Sequence record: MK250019.1 | Length of the DNA stretch: 64,000 bases | Direction: 5' to 3' (one strand) | Part shown: positions 1 through 10,790 of the stretch, piece by piece | Position numbering within the stretch: the stretch's first letter is position 1 | Layout of the letters: each line of letters opens with the position of its first letter | The notes under the pieces: generated by a model | Told to the model about the DNA's origin: nothing | Seen by the model: only the letters and a program-made list of their open reading frames with translations | Database searches by the model: none | Made by a program: the position numbers and the translations under genes

Positions 1-944
1 TTTAATACATAAAAATCTCCTTCTGTATTATGGATTAACCTGTTAATCCCTTTTGATGTATAACCGGTAGATATAAGTAATGCTCTATCTACTAATGTAT
101 TATATTTGTTAAATGGTGTTCTTATTTTTAGATTTAAGACTGTATTGAAATTTGTATCTGATTTTTGTCCAAGTTTTTTAAAGGTACCATCTTTATTAAA
201 TTCACAATCAATTGCAATAGGTGCAGGCATAACATATGTTTTAAAATATTCAGCTTCACCTGTTTCTGAATTACAGAAATAAAAGAAAAATACAGTAGTA
301 ATATTTCGAAGACATGTTTGACATTTATTTTCTTTTATTTCCAACTATCGCATATCATTTAAAATCTAATCAATACCTTTCATTGCATTATTAACTTTAC
401 CCTTAAATGTATTATCATCAAAGAAACTACATAAAACTGATTTAACTTCTATATATGTTTCATCTCCATTTGGATATGTTAATTTAATATCTGGACATTC
501 ATTCCTACCATTTGGTTCATGTTCAATTTTATAACCGTCAGTTTCTGAAAATATTCTATGTACAATATATTCTGATGTATCATGACATAAAGTCATAAGC
601 ATTGAATCTTTATATAACAATTTATTTTCATATGACATAAACTATGTTAATGAACCATTAAATGTAATATTTTCAGTATCCTTATAGATTTCTGTAAAAT
701 TCGGTTCTGGTAATGAAAGTGTTAAATAATAATCATCCATATAAGTATAAATGGAATTATACAATTTATAGAACTATCGTTTATACTCATCATCAGTAGA
801 ATACTCTAACCACTATCGAATACTTTCTTCCAAATCATTTGCTACAAAAATACTATCATCTAATGATGATAGAAACTATCGTCTTTCCTATGGATTATTA
901 ATACATTTAAGAATACGCTACGGACTTTTTGATTTATTTAACAT
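1..944 (-). CDS. PD-(D/E)xK nuclease-like (restriction-endonuclease-like) protein, code 15, 3' end outside window
   Basis: ATG at 944 opens a frame with no TAA/TGA down to base 1 and 8 in-frame TAG; includes track ORF 366..638; motif 'CPDIKLTYPNGDETYIEVKS' fits PD-Xn-(D/E)xK. Confidence 0.6.
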
Positions 945-989
945 TTTTTATTTTAGATTTATTTTAATACATATTATAATGAAACTGTA

Positions 990-1349
990 TTAAAAAGTCT
1001 TTTTAAAATTAATCAAAGATTCAGTTATATTTATAATTGTATCTCCTTTATAAACTGTTTCATTGAAATGATATTCATCTATAAGTTTCCCTTGTTTTGT
1101 CCGTATATTTAATTTCACATTAAAATTTAAAACATCATTATCTTCATCAGACACAATTAAATATTCATCATCAAATTTCATAATTACATGATGTTCAGAA
1201 TGTTCGTCTCCTATTAATACATTTAAATTGGTTATACAATAATTTTTAATTTTATTCTTTACAATAACATTAAATCTTTTATCTGATAATTTTCGCTCAT
1301 TATTTTTATTACCATTAAAAATATTTCTTAATAACGTAATCAATTTCAT
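990..1349 (-). CDS. hypothetical protein (119 aa)
   Basis: ORF ends TAA; co-oriented with neighbours. Confidence 0.65.
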   Translation of the reverse strand: MKLITLLRNIFNGNKNNERKLSDKRFNVIVKNKIKNYCITNLNVLIGDEHSEHHVIMKFDDEYLIVSDEDNDVLNFNVKLNIRTKQGKLIDEYHFNETVYKGDTIINITESLINFKKTF

Positions 1350-1382
1350 TTATTCTTAACAATTTATTTTCACCTAAAAATA

Positions 1383-1420
1383 AAAAGGAATATACTATCA
1401 CAATATATTCCTTTTATTTT
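1383..1420. terminator. intrinsic terminator-like hairpin
   Basis: aaaaggaatata...tatattcctttt inverted repeat with A/T tails. Confidence 0.6.
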
Positions 1421-1434
1421 ATATATTTTGTCTT

Positions 1435-1986
1435 TTATTTATATTTAACCATATAATTAAATACCTGATCAAATGTTGATCCAATTGACCAGAAATTTTT
1501 TATATCTTTTATACTTTCATCTGCTACTATAACTGTTGTATCATAAAATTCATTATCATAAACTTCAGTTAACATTCTTAATTCATCACTTATTATACAA
1601 ATGGTATTTTCTGTTTGAAATTGTCTTGTTAACTTCAATTCTTTATCATCATTATATAAATTATATGGATATTCTTTATAAATATCGATAATAGGATTTA
1701 TAGCAATGAGATTTCCATCATAAAAAGATTGTAACCAGAAGTATGCTGCAGGTCCATCTGTTATAACACATGCATATTTGTCTATACATGCATATATAGT
1801 TTCAGAATCAATTTCCATCTGTATGTTTTCTGGCACATAATTATATTGTTTCTGTATATCATTAAATAGTTTAAAGACTATATCATAATTATCACCATAA
1901 CAAAATTTTATTTGTTCTATAAACATATTATAACGTTTATCAGTATTATAATCATGATCAAGAATAATTAAGATTTTTTGTTTCAT
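1435..1986 (-). CDS. hypothetical protein (183 aa)
   Basis: ORF ends TAA; no motif recognised. Confidence 0.7.
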   Translation of the reverse strand: MKQKILIILDHDYNTDKRYNMFIEQIKFCYGDNYDIVFKLFNDIQKQYNYVPENIQMEIDSETIYACIDKYACVITDGPAAYFWLQSFYDGNLIAINPIIDIYKEYPYNLYNDDKELKLTRQFQTENTICIISDELRMLTEVYDNEFYDTTVIVADESIKDIKNFWSIGSTFDQVFNYMVKYK

Positions 1987-2134
1987 AATTCAAAACATAT
2001 TTTAATTTTAACTATGTTTGACATCGTTTTTAAAAATAAACAATTAATATTTCATTTTTATCCTAATTATTACTAAAAATACATATATAATATTTATTTA
2101 ATAAACAATTGTAAACTTTACACTTATTAAAAAT

Positions 2135-2998
2135 ATGAAGATAATAGATTTTACGCAATATAAAAATGTTTATTTCTTTGGTGATCCACATGGAATAAAC
2201 ATAATTTATGATATATTACGTTCATATGTAAATGAAGATAATATATTAGATAATTCCGTTATATTCTCTTGTGGAGATAACGGTGTCGGTTTTTATGATA
2301 TTAAAACAGATTCTAATAAGTTGAAACTATGTAATGATATATGTGTCAAACATAATATTCAATTAATATTAATACGCGGTAATCATGATAATCCTGATTT
2401 ATATAAAGAATCATCACCTTTGAATAAAAGTAATATATCATTAGTTGATGATTTCACTGTAGTTAAAACAACAGATTATAATATCATATGTATAGGTGGT
2501 GCAATATCAATAGACAGAACAGATCGAGTTCTTAATAAAACATATTGGAAAAATGAAGGAACAAGAATATTAGATGATGAATTAAAAGAAGAAATTAAAT
2601 CATTAGATTTTAATATTGATATTGTTTGTTCACATAATTGTCCTACATATCAGAAACCAAGAGATGAATATCCATTAACATCTGATAATCCTTTGTTTAA
2701 TTGGTCCATATGGGACTCAAAACTTTTAGATGATAACTTTATAGACCGCAGTAATTTGGATGCGATACACAAAGAATTAAGTATGTCTAACAAGATTAAA
2801 TACTGGATCTATGGTCATTTTCATAATCATTATGATTCAATAGAGAATAATCCTAAATTTATTTGTCTTGACATGTATTATAAGAATATAAAAATACTAA
2901 AGAAAACTAATAACTCTTTAATATATAAAACAGGCCCTGATATTTTAGATATACATAATATCGATAAGTTTAATCAAATTAAAATAAAAGAAATTTAA
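2135..2998 (+). CDS. calcineurin-like metallophosphoesterase
   Basis: GDPHG, GDNG, RGNHD, SHNCP, YGHFH motifs. Confidence 0.9.
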   Translation: MKIIDFTQYKNVYFFGDPHGINIIYDILRSYVNEDNILDNSVIFSCGDNGVGFYDIKTDSNKLKLCNDICVKHNIQLILIRGNHDNPDLYKESSPLNKSNISLVDDFTVVKTTDYNIICIGGAISIDRTDRVLNKTYWKNEGTRILDDELKEEIKSLDFNIDIVCSHNCPTYQKPRDEYPLTSDNPLFNWSIWDSKLLDDNFIDRSNLDAIHKELSMSNKIKYWIYGHFHNHYDSIENNPKFICLDMYYKNIKILKKTNNSLIYKTGPDILDIHNIDKFNQIKIKEI

Positions 2999-3005
2999 TA
3001 TACAA

Positions 3006-3377
3006 ATGGTAACAATAAATATACAAATGGTAACAATATTTATAGGATTTATAGGATTTGTATTATGTCTTATACAATTAATCATATTTGATTGGTTCAC
3101 TAAAAAATTTACATATACAAATAAATGGTTTATATATAATAATTTAGAAAAAAGAGAAGATTCAAAGCCAATAAAAATAAAACGGTATTGGTATATCTTA
3201 TATTGTATATGTATGTTAATACCTATAGTTAATTTATTTTTATTCATAATCTGTTTCTTCATGTCATTCATGATGAGAATGGATTATAATTACTATTATA
3301 ATGGAAATAATATTACAGTATTAACATTAATAAAATTTAAAAATAAATTAAAATATTATTTAAATACCGAAGTATAA
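3006..3377 (+). CDS. hypothetical membrane protein
   Basis: two hydrophobic segments; TAA stop. Confidence 0.7.
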   Translation: MVTINIQMVTIFIGFIGFVLCLIQLIIFDWFTKKFTYTNKWFIYNNLEKREDSKPIKIKRYWYILYCICMLIPIVNLFLFIICFFMSFMMRMDYNYYYNGNNITVLTLIKFKNKLKYYLNTEV

Positions 3378-3380
3378 AAA

Positions 3381-3420
3381 TTAAGGTTCTAATCTTATTC
3401 ACAAAAGATTAGAACCTTAA
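3381..3420. terminator. bidirectional terminator hairpin between convergent genes
   Basis: ttaaggttctaatc...gattagaaccttaa perfect 14-bp stem. Confidence 0.8.
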
Positions 3421-3436
3421 TTTTATTTAGTTTTAA

Positions 3437-4255
3437 TTAAATAACACATTTTTCACCACAATATGGACAGAACTTAAATTTTGAATTAAGTTTTCTTCCA
3501 CAATTAGTACAATATATTTTATTCAAATCACTTGTCGTATATGGTTTCCTTGATTTAGGAAGAATCTTTATATATTCTGTTTTAAATGGATAATTTTCAA
3601 ATTCATTATTTACTGTTTCAAATTTCTGATTTGAATAACCACCATTTTCAATTCTACCTGTTTCAATAGTAGTATTATTAACATTAGTTTTATATAAAGC
3701 TTTATTATATGTATTTCCATCAATACTTGCACAACAACAGTTAGTAACATTATTTGTTAATAAAACATTATTATTAGTATCTGAACATGTAACTACAGTA
3801 TCATAACTTGGAACAGTATATGTATTTTGATTAGAAATTAATGGACTCTCTTTCCATAAAACATTTAATGTATTATAAATATTTGTTTTAATTCTTGATG
3901 ATACTCTTTCTTTATAAAACTTTACAGTAATATTACCATTATTTGCAATAGCATGTTTTACCTGCACATCATTATCATCTACTTCATAAGTAGAAAATTT
4001 AAATTTAACCTGATTATCCAAATAACGTTCTAACCATACTCTCTCACCTGGTTTCAAAACTAACATACCATCTATATCTTTACCATTAAATGTAAATGTA
4101 ACACCAATAGTAAACTGTTCAGAATTAAATAACTGAATTTCAAATTCATCATTATTGTCCATATAAACAACACGTGAATCTTCATTTGTAGAATACTCTT
4201 TCAAAAGAGATTTGTTAATAGCTAACTAAGCCATCTTCTTTTCATTAATAATCAT
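3437..4255 (-). CDS. C-terminal zinc-ribbon protein (272 aa, code 15)
   Basis: ATG at 4255 (MIINEKKMAQLAINKSLLKEY; TAG at codon 10) in frame with track ORF; C-terminal CTNCG..FCPYCG. Confidence 0.8.
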
Positions 4256-4645
4256 AAGTCATATATAATTTATTTTAAACTTATCTATTAAACTTTCAAT
4301 TCTATACAAAATTTCAAAAGTACTTGAATAATACTCAGTCTAATAGAAATATCATTATCTAATTTTAATTGTAATAGATATAAATTAAAAAATAATTTTT
4401 CAAATATAAATATCTATCTTTAACTTAATATACTATATTAATTATACTACAATATTTATAAAAAGTTTATATTTACTAATAAATTTTAAAAAATAATTTA
4501 ATGAATAAAAAATATTTACATTTCCGAAAGACTTACCTTACTAAATTCATTAAATTATTAAAAATTATAAATAAATTTTTTACATANNNNNNNNNNNNNN
4601 NNNNNNNNNNNNNNNNNNNNNNNNNNNNNNNNNNNNTGAGTTCTG

Positions 4646-4906
4646 AGAAAAAGTCTACATTTTTCTAAATATTTTTAAATTTCATTAAAAATAATTTATA
4701 ACTAATTAATATTCAATAAATTAAATAAATTAAATAAAATATTTTTCATATAAATTAATATAAAATAAAAATTCAGATCTAAATTATATAAATTTAAATC
4801 TGAATTAAAAATAAAATTTTTTCATATATTATATATAATATCTATCTCAANNNNNNNNNNNNNNNNNNNNNNNNNNNNGAGCTTTCTAGAAAAAGTCTAC
4901 ATTTTT
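4646..4906. repeat. 19-bp direct repeat agaaaaagtctacattttt (4646-4664, 4888-4906) in a ~730 bp non-coding, very AT-rich divergent region
   Basis: two identical copies, each just after an N gap; aaaaa/ttttt arms. Confidence 0.7.
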
Positions 4907-4994
4907 GAGAATTATTTTTTAACTATTTTTAATGATATTTTTTTAAACTTTACAAATAATATCTAATATAACTATAGAAAATTAATTTAATTTA

Positions 4995-5534
4995 ATGGAT
5001 ATGGATTTTAATACTAAAGTATAGTTTACGAGAACACGTAATGTAAAGATGCCTAATAGAGCAAATAAGCATGATGCAGGTACAGATTTTTTTGTGCCTT
5101 ATTATAATTAGGAGTTTCTTGTTGATTTGATTAAGAAGAATACAGGTAATAAGATTTTCTATAAGATTGAGAATGATGATTTGTTTATCACTATTCCGGC
5201 TGGTGAACAGGTAATGATTCCATCAGGAATCAAGGTATGGATTAATGATAAGAGAACATATCTTCAGGCAACTAATAAATCTGGTGTTGCTTCAAAGTAT
5301 CATCTTGATGTTATGGCAAATACTATTGATGCAGATTATCAGGGAGAAGTTCATATTAATCTTTGTAATAATGGTAATACAGACATTACCGTTCAGACCG
5401 GTCAGAAACTTGTACAGTTTATTCATCAGATTTATCTTGATACTGATTGGGTTGAAATGGATGAGAAAGAATATGATGAGATTGAAGCATCAGACAGAGG
5501 TGATGGAATGGCAGGTTCTACCGGAACATTCTAA
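4995..5534 (+). CDS. dut: trimeric dUTPase (179 aa, code 15)
   Basis: read-through of TAG at 5022 and 5109 restores motif 1 'RANKHDAGTDFFVP'; downstream NKSGV, IDADYQGE, RGDGMAGSTG motifs. Confidence 0.95.
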
Positions 5535-5557
5535 AAAAATAAAATATATTTAAGAAT

Positions 5558-6079
5558 ATGAATAAGCTACGTAATTTCGAGTTTGAATATAATGGAGAAA
5601 AATATTGGTATTCACGTTCTATAACAGTTGCAACTTGTATTTTCTGTAAGGATTCAGATGGAAATTGGTGTGCATTAATTAATAAAAGAGGTAAAGGTTG
5701 TCCGACTGCTGTTGGAAAGTGGAATGTGCCTGCAGGATATTTGGATCATGATGAAGATATATGTTCATGTGGTATGAGAGAAACATATGAAGAAACAGGT
5801 CTTATTATTCCAAGGGTATTAATGAATTTTTATGCAATTAATTCAATTCCAGATACAAAACGACAAAATGTAAATGTGATATATTATGTTGTTCTTCCTG
5901 GTGTTATTGATGATTATCAGTTAACAACTGAACATTCAGAACCAGATGAAGTAGATGATATAATGTTTATACCAATATCAATGATATTTACATCTGATAT
6001 ACAAATTGCATTTAATAATGATAACATTTTATTGGACGTGTATAATAAGATTATCATTAATCATAATAAAAGTAAGTAA
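5558..6079 (+). CDS. Nudix hydrolase
   Basis: Nudix box GYLDHDEDICSCGMRETYEETGL. Confidence 0.9.
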   Translation: MNKLRNFEFEYNGEKYWYSRSITVATCIFCKDSDGNWCALINKRGKGCPTAVGKWNVPAGYLDHDEDICSCGMRETYEETGLIIPRVLMNFYAINSIPDTKRQNVNVIYYVVLPGVIDDYQLTTEHSEPDEVDDIMFIPISMIFTSDIQIAFNNDNILLDVYNKIIINHNKSK

Positions 6080-6138
6080 TTTTTTATCCTTGAATTATTT
6101 TATAATAGTTCAAGGATTTTTTATTATAAATTATTTAA

Positions 6139-6148
6139 TGTATCTTTG
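6139..6148 (+). promoter_or_regulatory. Bacteroidota RpoD-type -7 element TGTATCTTTG (copies also at 8941, 9336, 28086, 38452)
   Basis: five identical intergenic 10-mers containing TAnnTTTG, each upstream of a gene start. Confidence 0.75.
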
Positions 6149-6154
6149 TAAAAG

Positions 6155-6183
6155 TAAACAAAATAGTTTTTTAACATTATAAT
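6155..6183 (+). promoter_or_regulatory. TAAAC(A/T)-N17-TATAAT promoter-like motif (also 21549, 30736, 35903, 40140, 44237; AAAACT variants at 24687, 50128)
   Basis: exact 17-nt spacer counted at all eight intergenic sites. Confidence 0.75.
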
Positions 6184-6211
6184 AGTTTATAATGAATATA
6201 AAATAATTATC

Positions 6212-6604
6212 ATGGGACTTAAATTTAAAAATCAAAATCCAATTTCTGATAATAATACATTAAAAGTGTATTTCTGTACACAGACTATAAGTGATGATCC
6301 AAATGATGCATGGTCAGATGATGATATTATTATTGTATATCATATTGCTGCAACAACGGTAGATGAAGCTGTTGATCTTTGGATTGAAAAATATTCTGAT
6401 ATTATATGGAAAGATAAAACAAGAGAAGATTTTACAAGAAAAGATTATTGGGAAGCATGGATAGATCATAATAGAGAAAAAACTTATAATGCATATTTAA
6501 ATAAAATTTCAAAATTAAAAAGGAAACTAAGTAAATCAATGATAGAAATTCCCGGTATTTTTCATATTGGTAAACCTTGTGTACTTTTAAAATCAAAATT
6601 ATGA
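6212..6604 (+). CDS. hypothetical protein
   Basis: 130 aa ORF, TGA stop overlapping next ATG. Confidence 0.7.
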   Translation: MGLKFKNQNPISDNNTLKVYFCTQTISDDPNDAWSDDDIIIVYHIAATTVDEAVDLWIEKYSDIIWKDKTREDFTRKDYWEAWIDHNREKTYNAYLNKISKLKRKLSKSMIEIPGIFHIGKPCVLLKSKL

Positions 6605-6996
6605 AACTAAAAATTAATATAGAAAAATATTCAAACTATTCATCAGATGCTGATAAGGACGTTAGCACGAAGGAAATTGAATTTGATGATAAAATGTTTG
6701 ATGAAATAACAAGACCTTTAAAAACAAAAAAGAAAGTTAAGAAATGTTTATGGTGTGCAACATTTGATGATAGACTTATTGTTAATTATAAAGGTAAACA
6801 TACATATACAAGTGAAAAGAAACTTTATAATGGTATTATAGCAAATTTTGAACAATTATTTAAACATTATAAGATAGATGATTATAAATATGAACCATTA
6901 ACTTATATTCAATATGATTTTAAAGAATTGTTAGATAGACTTTTGAAAGAAAACAGAATAAAGTTTCATAGTATTGTTTTAGAATCAATTGAATAA
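6601..6996 (+). CDS. hypothetical protein
   Basis: ATG at 6601 (ATGA overlap), TAA stop. Confidence 0.7.
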   Translation: MKLKINIEKYSNYSSDADKDVSTKEIEFDDKMFDEITRPLKTKKKVKKCLWCATFDDRLIVNYKGKHTYTSEKKLYNGIIANFEQLFKHYKIDDYKYEPLTYIQYDFKELLDRLLKENRIKFHSIVLESIE

Positions 6997-6999
6997 TAT

Positions 7000-7656
7000 A
7001 TGAAAAATATAGAAATTTATTTACCAGAATATATTAGACAACATTATATCTTATCATTTATGTATGGTTCATATGTTTATGGTACAAATACAGATAAATC
7101 AGATAAAGATATAATTGTTATCGTTGATGATAATATTGAATTAGAAAATTCTGTTAATGGAATTAAGGAAATTTTCGTAACTGATGGAATAACTGAATAT
7201 GATTTTCAGATTATCAATAACAATACATTCAAAAAGATGCTCTACGAACATCATATAATCGCTGTAGAAAGTTTATTTATGTCATCTGATATGTATTCAA
7301 GTATTGAACTTTTTAACTCGTTATACGCGAAATATTTTATTCTTGATAAATGGAAATTGCGTCAGGTTATTTCAAAAATAGTTGGAAATTCTTATGCGAA
7401 ATGTCATAAGAAGTTAACAGTAGAAAAAGATTATGATTTATATAGATCACAAAAATCATTATATCATTGTATACGATTATATATGTTTGGAATTCAAATA
7501 GGAAAAACAGGAAAGATATATGATTATAGTGAAGCAAATCATTATTTAAAAGAAATATTAGATAAAAAATATTCATGGGAACAATATAAAAAAGAATATA
7601 AACCATTACTTAATAAATTAAGAAGTGAAATGGTTTTATATTGTCCTAAACCATAA
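7000..7656 (+). CDS. Pol-beta-superfamily nucleotidyltransferase
   Basis: YGSYVYGTNTDKSDKD = hG[GS]x9-13DxD signature. Confidence 0.8.
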   Translation: MKNIEIYLPEYIRQHYILSFMYGSYVYGTNTDKSDKDIIVIVDDNIELENSVNGIKEIFVTDGITEYDFQIINNNTFKKMLYEHHIIAVESLFMSSDMYSSIELFNSLYAKYFILDKWKLRQVISKIVGNSYAKCHKKLTVEKDYDLYRSQKSLYHCIRLYMFGIQIGKTGKIYDYSEANHYLKEILDKKYSWEQYKKEYKPLLNKLRSEMVLYCPKP

Positions 7657-7803
7657 AAATAAAAAAATATTTGAAAAAAATCATTTAAAAACTAAACTTT
7701 TTAAATGATTTTCAATATTATATATGTTACTTGTGTGAATATCAAGTAATTAATTTTTAATTTTAATATTTTAGTTAATAACAAATTTTAAATTTTTTAA
7801 AGT

Positions 7804-8853
7804 ATGAAGAAGTTTATTTTTATGCTTATTGCAATGTTTACATTTGCAATTGGTTCAATTAACGCACAGACACAGAATGACTATGCAGGTTCTAGTAAGT
7901 TTACTGATAATGTTTCAGTAACACTTCAGGGTGGTGTTCTTACATCATTTGATAATTTTTATAGTGGTCATACTGCAATGGCACCTATTGTTTTGATTGG
8001 TGCAGATAAGTATGTAACCCCTTGGTTAGGATTTGGTGTAGAAGGTCGTACACTTATTGGTACAGGTCATGGTAGTTATAATACATATACTGCTTTTGAT
8101 TATGTTAATGTAAGTGGTCTTGCAAAGGTTAATCTTGCTAATGCATTTAAGTTTGATGGAACACGTAAGTTCTTCGAGCCTGTTGTTTATACAGGTCTTG
8201 GTTGGGGACATCAGACAGCAAGTTATGGAGATAATCACAATAACTGGATGACTTATCGTGCAGGTGCAGAGTTTAATTTTAATCTTGGTGAGGATCGTGC
8301 ATGGGGTATTGTTGTAAATCCATCAGTTGTTTGGAATGACATTGACAATGGTAAGCTTGTAAAGAAGAACGGTAGTTTTGAGATTACAGCAGGTGTTGTT
8401 TATCGTTTCAAGAATTCAAATGGAAAGCGTTCATTTGCTAAGGCACATCTTTATGATGCAGCAGAGGTTGCAGCTCTTAACAAGAAGATTAATGAGCTTG
8501 AATCACGTGAACCTGTTGTAATTGAGAAGATTGTAGAGAAGCCTGTTGCAACTAATACTGTTGCAGGTGTTGGTTCAAATGTATTTGTTGCTCCATTTAA
8601 GTTTAATAGTTCAGTACTTTCTGATAAGTGTAAGTCAGTACTTGATAATATTGCAGAGGGCACAACAGTTGTAATTGATGCATATGCATCTTCTGAGCCA
8701 AAGAGTTCTGCAAAGTATAATACAAAGCTTTCTGTAGAGCGTGCAAATGCAGTTAAGAAGTATCTTGAGTCACGTGGCGTTAAGGTAACAGATACCACAG
8801 GACATGGTATGGATGATGATTTTGGTCGTGTTGCTATTGTTACTGTAAAGTAA
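7804..8853 (+). CDS. OmpA-family outer-membrane protein with signal peptide (Bacteroidota Omp40/41-like architecture)
   Basis: N-terminal signal peptide, beta-barrel-like region ending 'AGVVYRF', linker, C-terminal OmpA-like domain 'YNTKLSVERANAVKKYL'. Confidence 0.85.
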   Translation: MKKFIFMLIAMFTFAIGSINAQTQNDYAGSSKFTDNVSVTLQGGVLTSFDNFYSGHTAMAPIVLIGADKYVTPWLGFGVEGRTLIGTGHGSYNTYTAFDYVNVSGLAKVNLANAFKFDGTRKFFEPVVYTGLGWGHQTASYGDNHNNWMTYRAGAEFNFNLGEDRAWGIVVNPSVVWNDIDNGKLVKKNGSFEITAGVVYRFKNSNGKRSFAKAHLYDAAEVAALNKKINELESREPVVIEKIVEKPVATNTVAGVGSNVFVAPFKFNSSVLSDKCKSVLDNIAEGTTVVIDAYASSEPKSSAKYNTKLSVERANAVKKYLESRGVKVTDTTGHGMDDDFGRVAIVTVK

Positions 8854-8986
8854 TAAAAGTAGTTTAAAGTTTAATAATAATTTAATTTTAGTGTGATTAG
8901 AATTTATTTCTAGTCACACTTTTTTATTTTATAATAATTGTGTATCTTTGTAATATAATATATTGTTTAAACATAAGTTATTTAAT

Positions 8987-9313
8987 ATGATAAAATTTAA
9001 AAATCAAACATCAAATAATACTATATCATCAGATGTAATTAAAGATTTAATAGATACATTACCAACTACAAAATCACCAATATTTAAAACGAAGAATTTT
9101 ACTATTCGTGATTTACGTATTGGAAGTATTATACGTATTCATTTATGTAATGATTCCCGTGGTGATAAAGGATATGTTACAACAGAAATTGTTGCATTAT
9201 TTAATTCAATGGGACAACATATATATAATTCTAATGCAGATTTTGCAATTGTATATGAAGGTATAGTATGGACTGCAAATTGTACACAAATAGATAAAAT
9301 AATTTCGTATTAA
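8987..9313 (+). CDS. hypothetical protein
   Basis: ORF downstream of TGTATCTTTG motif. Confidence 0.65.
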   Translation: MIKFKNQTSNNTISSDVIKDLIDTLPTTKSPIFKTKNFTIRDLRIGSIIRIHLCNDSRGDKGYVTTEIVALFNSMGQHIYNSNADFAIVYEGIVWTANCTQIDKIISY

Positions 9314-9374
9314 TTTTTTTATTCAAAAATAAATGTGTATCTTTGAGATGTAACAAATAAAACAATAGAAAATT

Positions 9375-9800
9375 ATGAATAAGATTTTTATAACATTGAT
9401 TTTTAGTTTTGTATGTATGTTTGCTAATGCAACATCACATAATAAATTACATATCGGATATGATAAAGATATGTGTAGCGATTATTATGTTCTTTCTATA
9501 AAGAAAGATACTGTATACGTTACATATTATGAATATGAACAAGGTACATTTGTATATTATGATGGTTTAAATGATTTTGCATCATCACGCCTTACACCAT
9601 TGATGAATAAATTGGTTAATATTCATACAAAAAAAGTTAATAAGATTAAAAATGAATATGAAAATCTTCTTATTGATATTAATGTAGTAAATCCTACATA
9701 TCATAAATGTAAAAACAATTATATTGCATTTTATGAAATGGGTATATTATATAATAAAATAGGAAATCTTATTGATAAAGTAAAAAAAATTACAAAATAA
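9375..9800 (+). CDS. hypothetical exported protein
   Basis: signal-peptide-like N-terminus ending ANA. Confidence 0.7.
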   Translation: MNKIFITLIFSFVCMFANATSHNKLHIGYDKDMCSDYYVLSIKKDTVYVTYYEYEQGTFVYYDGLNDFASSRLTPLMNKLVNIHTKKVNKIKNEYENLLIDINVVNPTYHKCKNNYIAFYEMGILYNKIGNLIDKVKKITK

Positions 9801-9808
9801 AAATAATT

Positions 9809-9982
9809 ATGGAAGTTAATATTACAGAAGAAAAGTTTAAAGCATATAGAGAATTACAAAATTCTGGAGAAATTAATATGCTTGATTATATTAATGGATG
9901 TAAACTTACTGGTCTTAGTAAAGAAGAGTATATTGATATTATCCATAATTATAATACATATAGAGAAAAATTTAATATTTAA
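9809..9982 (+). CDS. small hypothetical protein (57 aa; below track cutoff)
   Basis: MEVNITEEKFKAYRELQNSGEINMLDY...; ATG to TAA. Confidence 0.6.
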   Translation: MEVNITEEKFKAYRELQNSGEINMLDYINGCKLTGLSKEEYIDIIHNYNTYREKFNI

Positions 9983-10000
9983 TTATAAAAATTATATTTC

Positions 10001-10522
10001 ATGAGTAACGTATTTTATCCTACAAATCTTGGAGGTATGTCAATTAATTGGGTTGACTATCTTGGAAGTACGAAGAATTCTACAAATAAGAGTGAACTGC
10101 TTATTGACCATATTGCAACAATGAGTAATGAAAATAATGGTAAAGATGTTTATATGAATTTCTTTGAAGAGATTGATCGTATAGATGATGAGACTGCACA
10201 GAATCAATATAAGACATTTTTGCGAATTAATATTACAGAAGCTATTAAGCATGATCTTGAGTGGATGGAAATGAATAATAAAAGTATCAATGATCCGACG
10301 AATTCACATTATATTAATCTTGAGTCTTTGAGTATTACTGATATTGATGTTAATGATGATTTTAAGTTCATCCGAATTCATTATGATTTTTGTCAGAATC
10401 ATTTTGCATGTTCATGTAGCCGTCGTAGAATGGTAGGTGCTGTATATCGTTTGCATGCACTAACTTCTAATAAGAATGAATTGTTTGCATGTTCATGGGA
10501 TGGACCTATTGTTTTTTGGTAA
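10001..10522 (+). CDS. hypothetical protein
   Basis: 173 aa ORF. Confidence 0.7.
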   Translation: MSNVFYPTNLGGMSINWVDYLGSTKNSTNKSELLIDHIATMSNENNGKDVYMNFFEEIDRIDDETAQNQYKTFLRINITEAIKHDLEWMEMNNKSINDPTNSHYINLESLSITDIDVNDDFKFIRIHYDFCQNHFACSCSRRRMVGAVYRLHALTSNKNELFACSWDGPIVFW

Positions 10523-10542
10523 AATTAAATTTAAATAGATAT

Positions 10543-10752
10543 ATGATTAACATTAATGATTTAACAGATAACGAAAAATATATTTTTACACAAGGATATG
10601 AACAGGGACAAAAAGAAAGTCTTGAAAATTATGATAATATTGAAAAGATTATAGATGCATATCTTGTAGTAAAACATGAATGTCAAAATAAAGATTTCAT
10701 GGAAAGACATGACTTTATTTCACTTGTTATCGATAAGACAAAACAAATTTAA
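10543..10752 (+). CDS. hypothetical protein
   Basis: ATG at 10543, TAA stop. Confidence 0.55.
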   Translation: MININDLTDNEKYIFTQGYEQGQKESLENYDNIEKIIDAYLVVKHECQNKDFMERHDFISLVIDKTKQI

Positions 10753-10790
10753 GTTAATATAAATTATAGAATTAAAATAAAAGATATATT

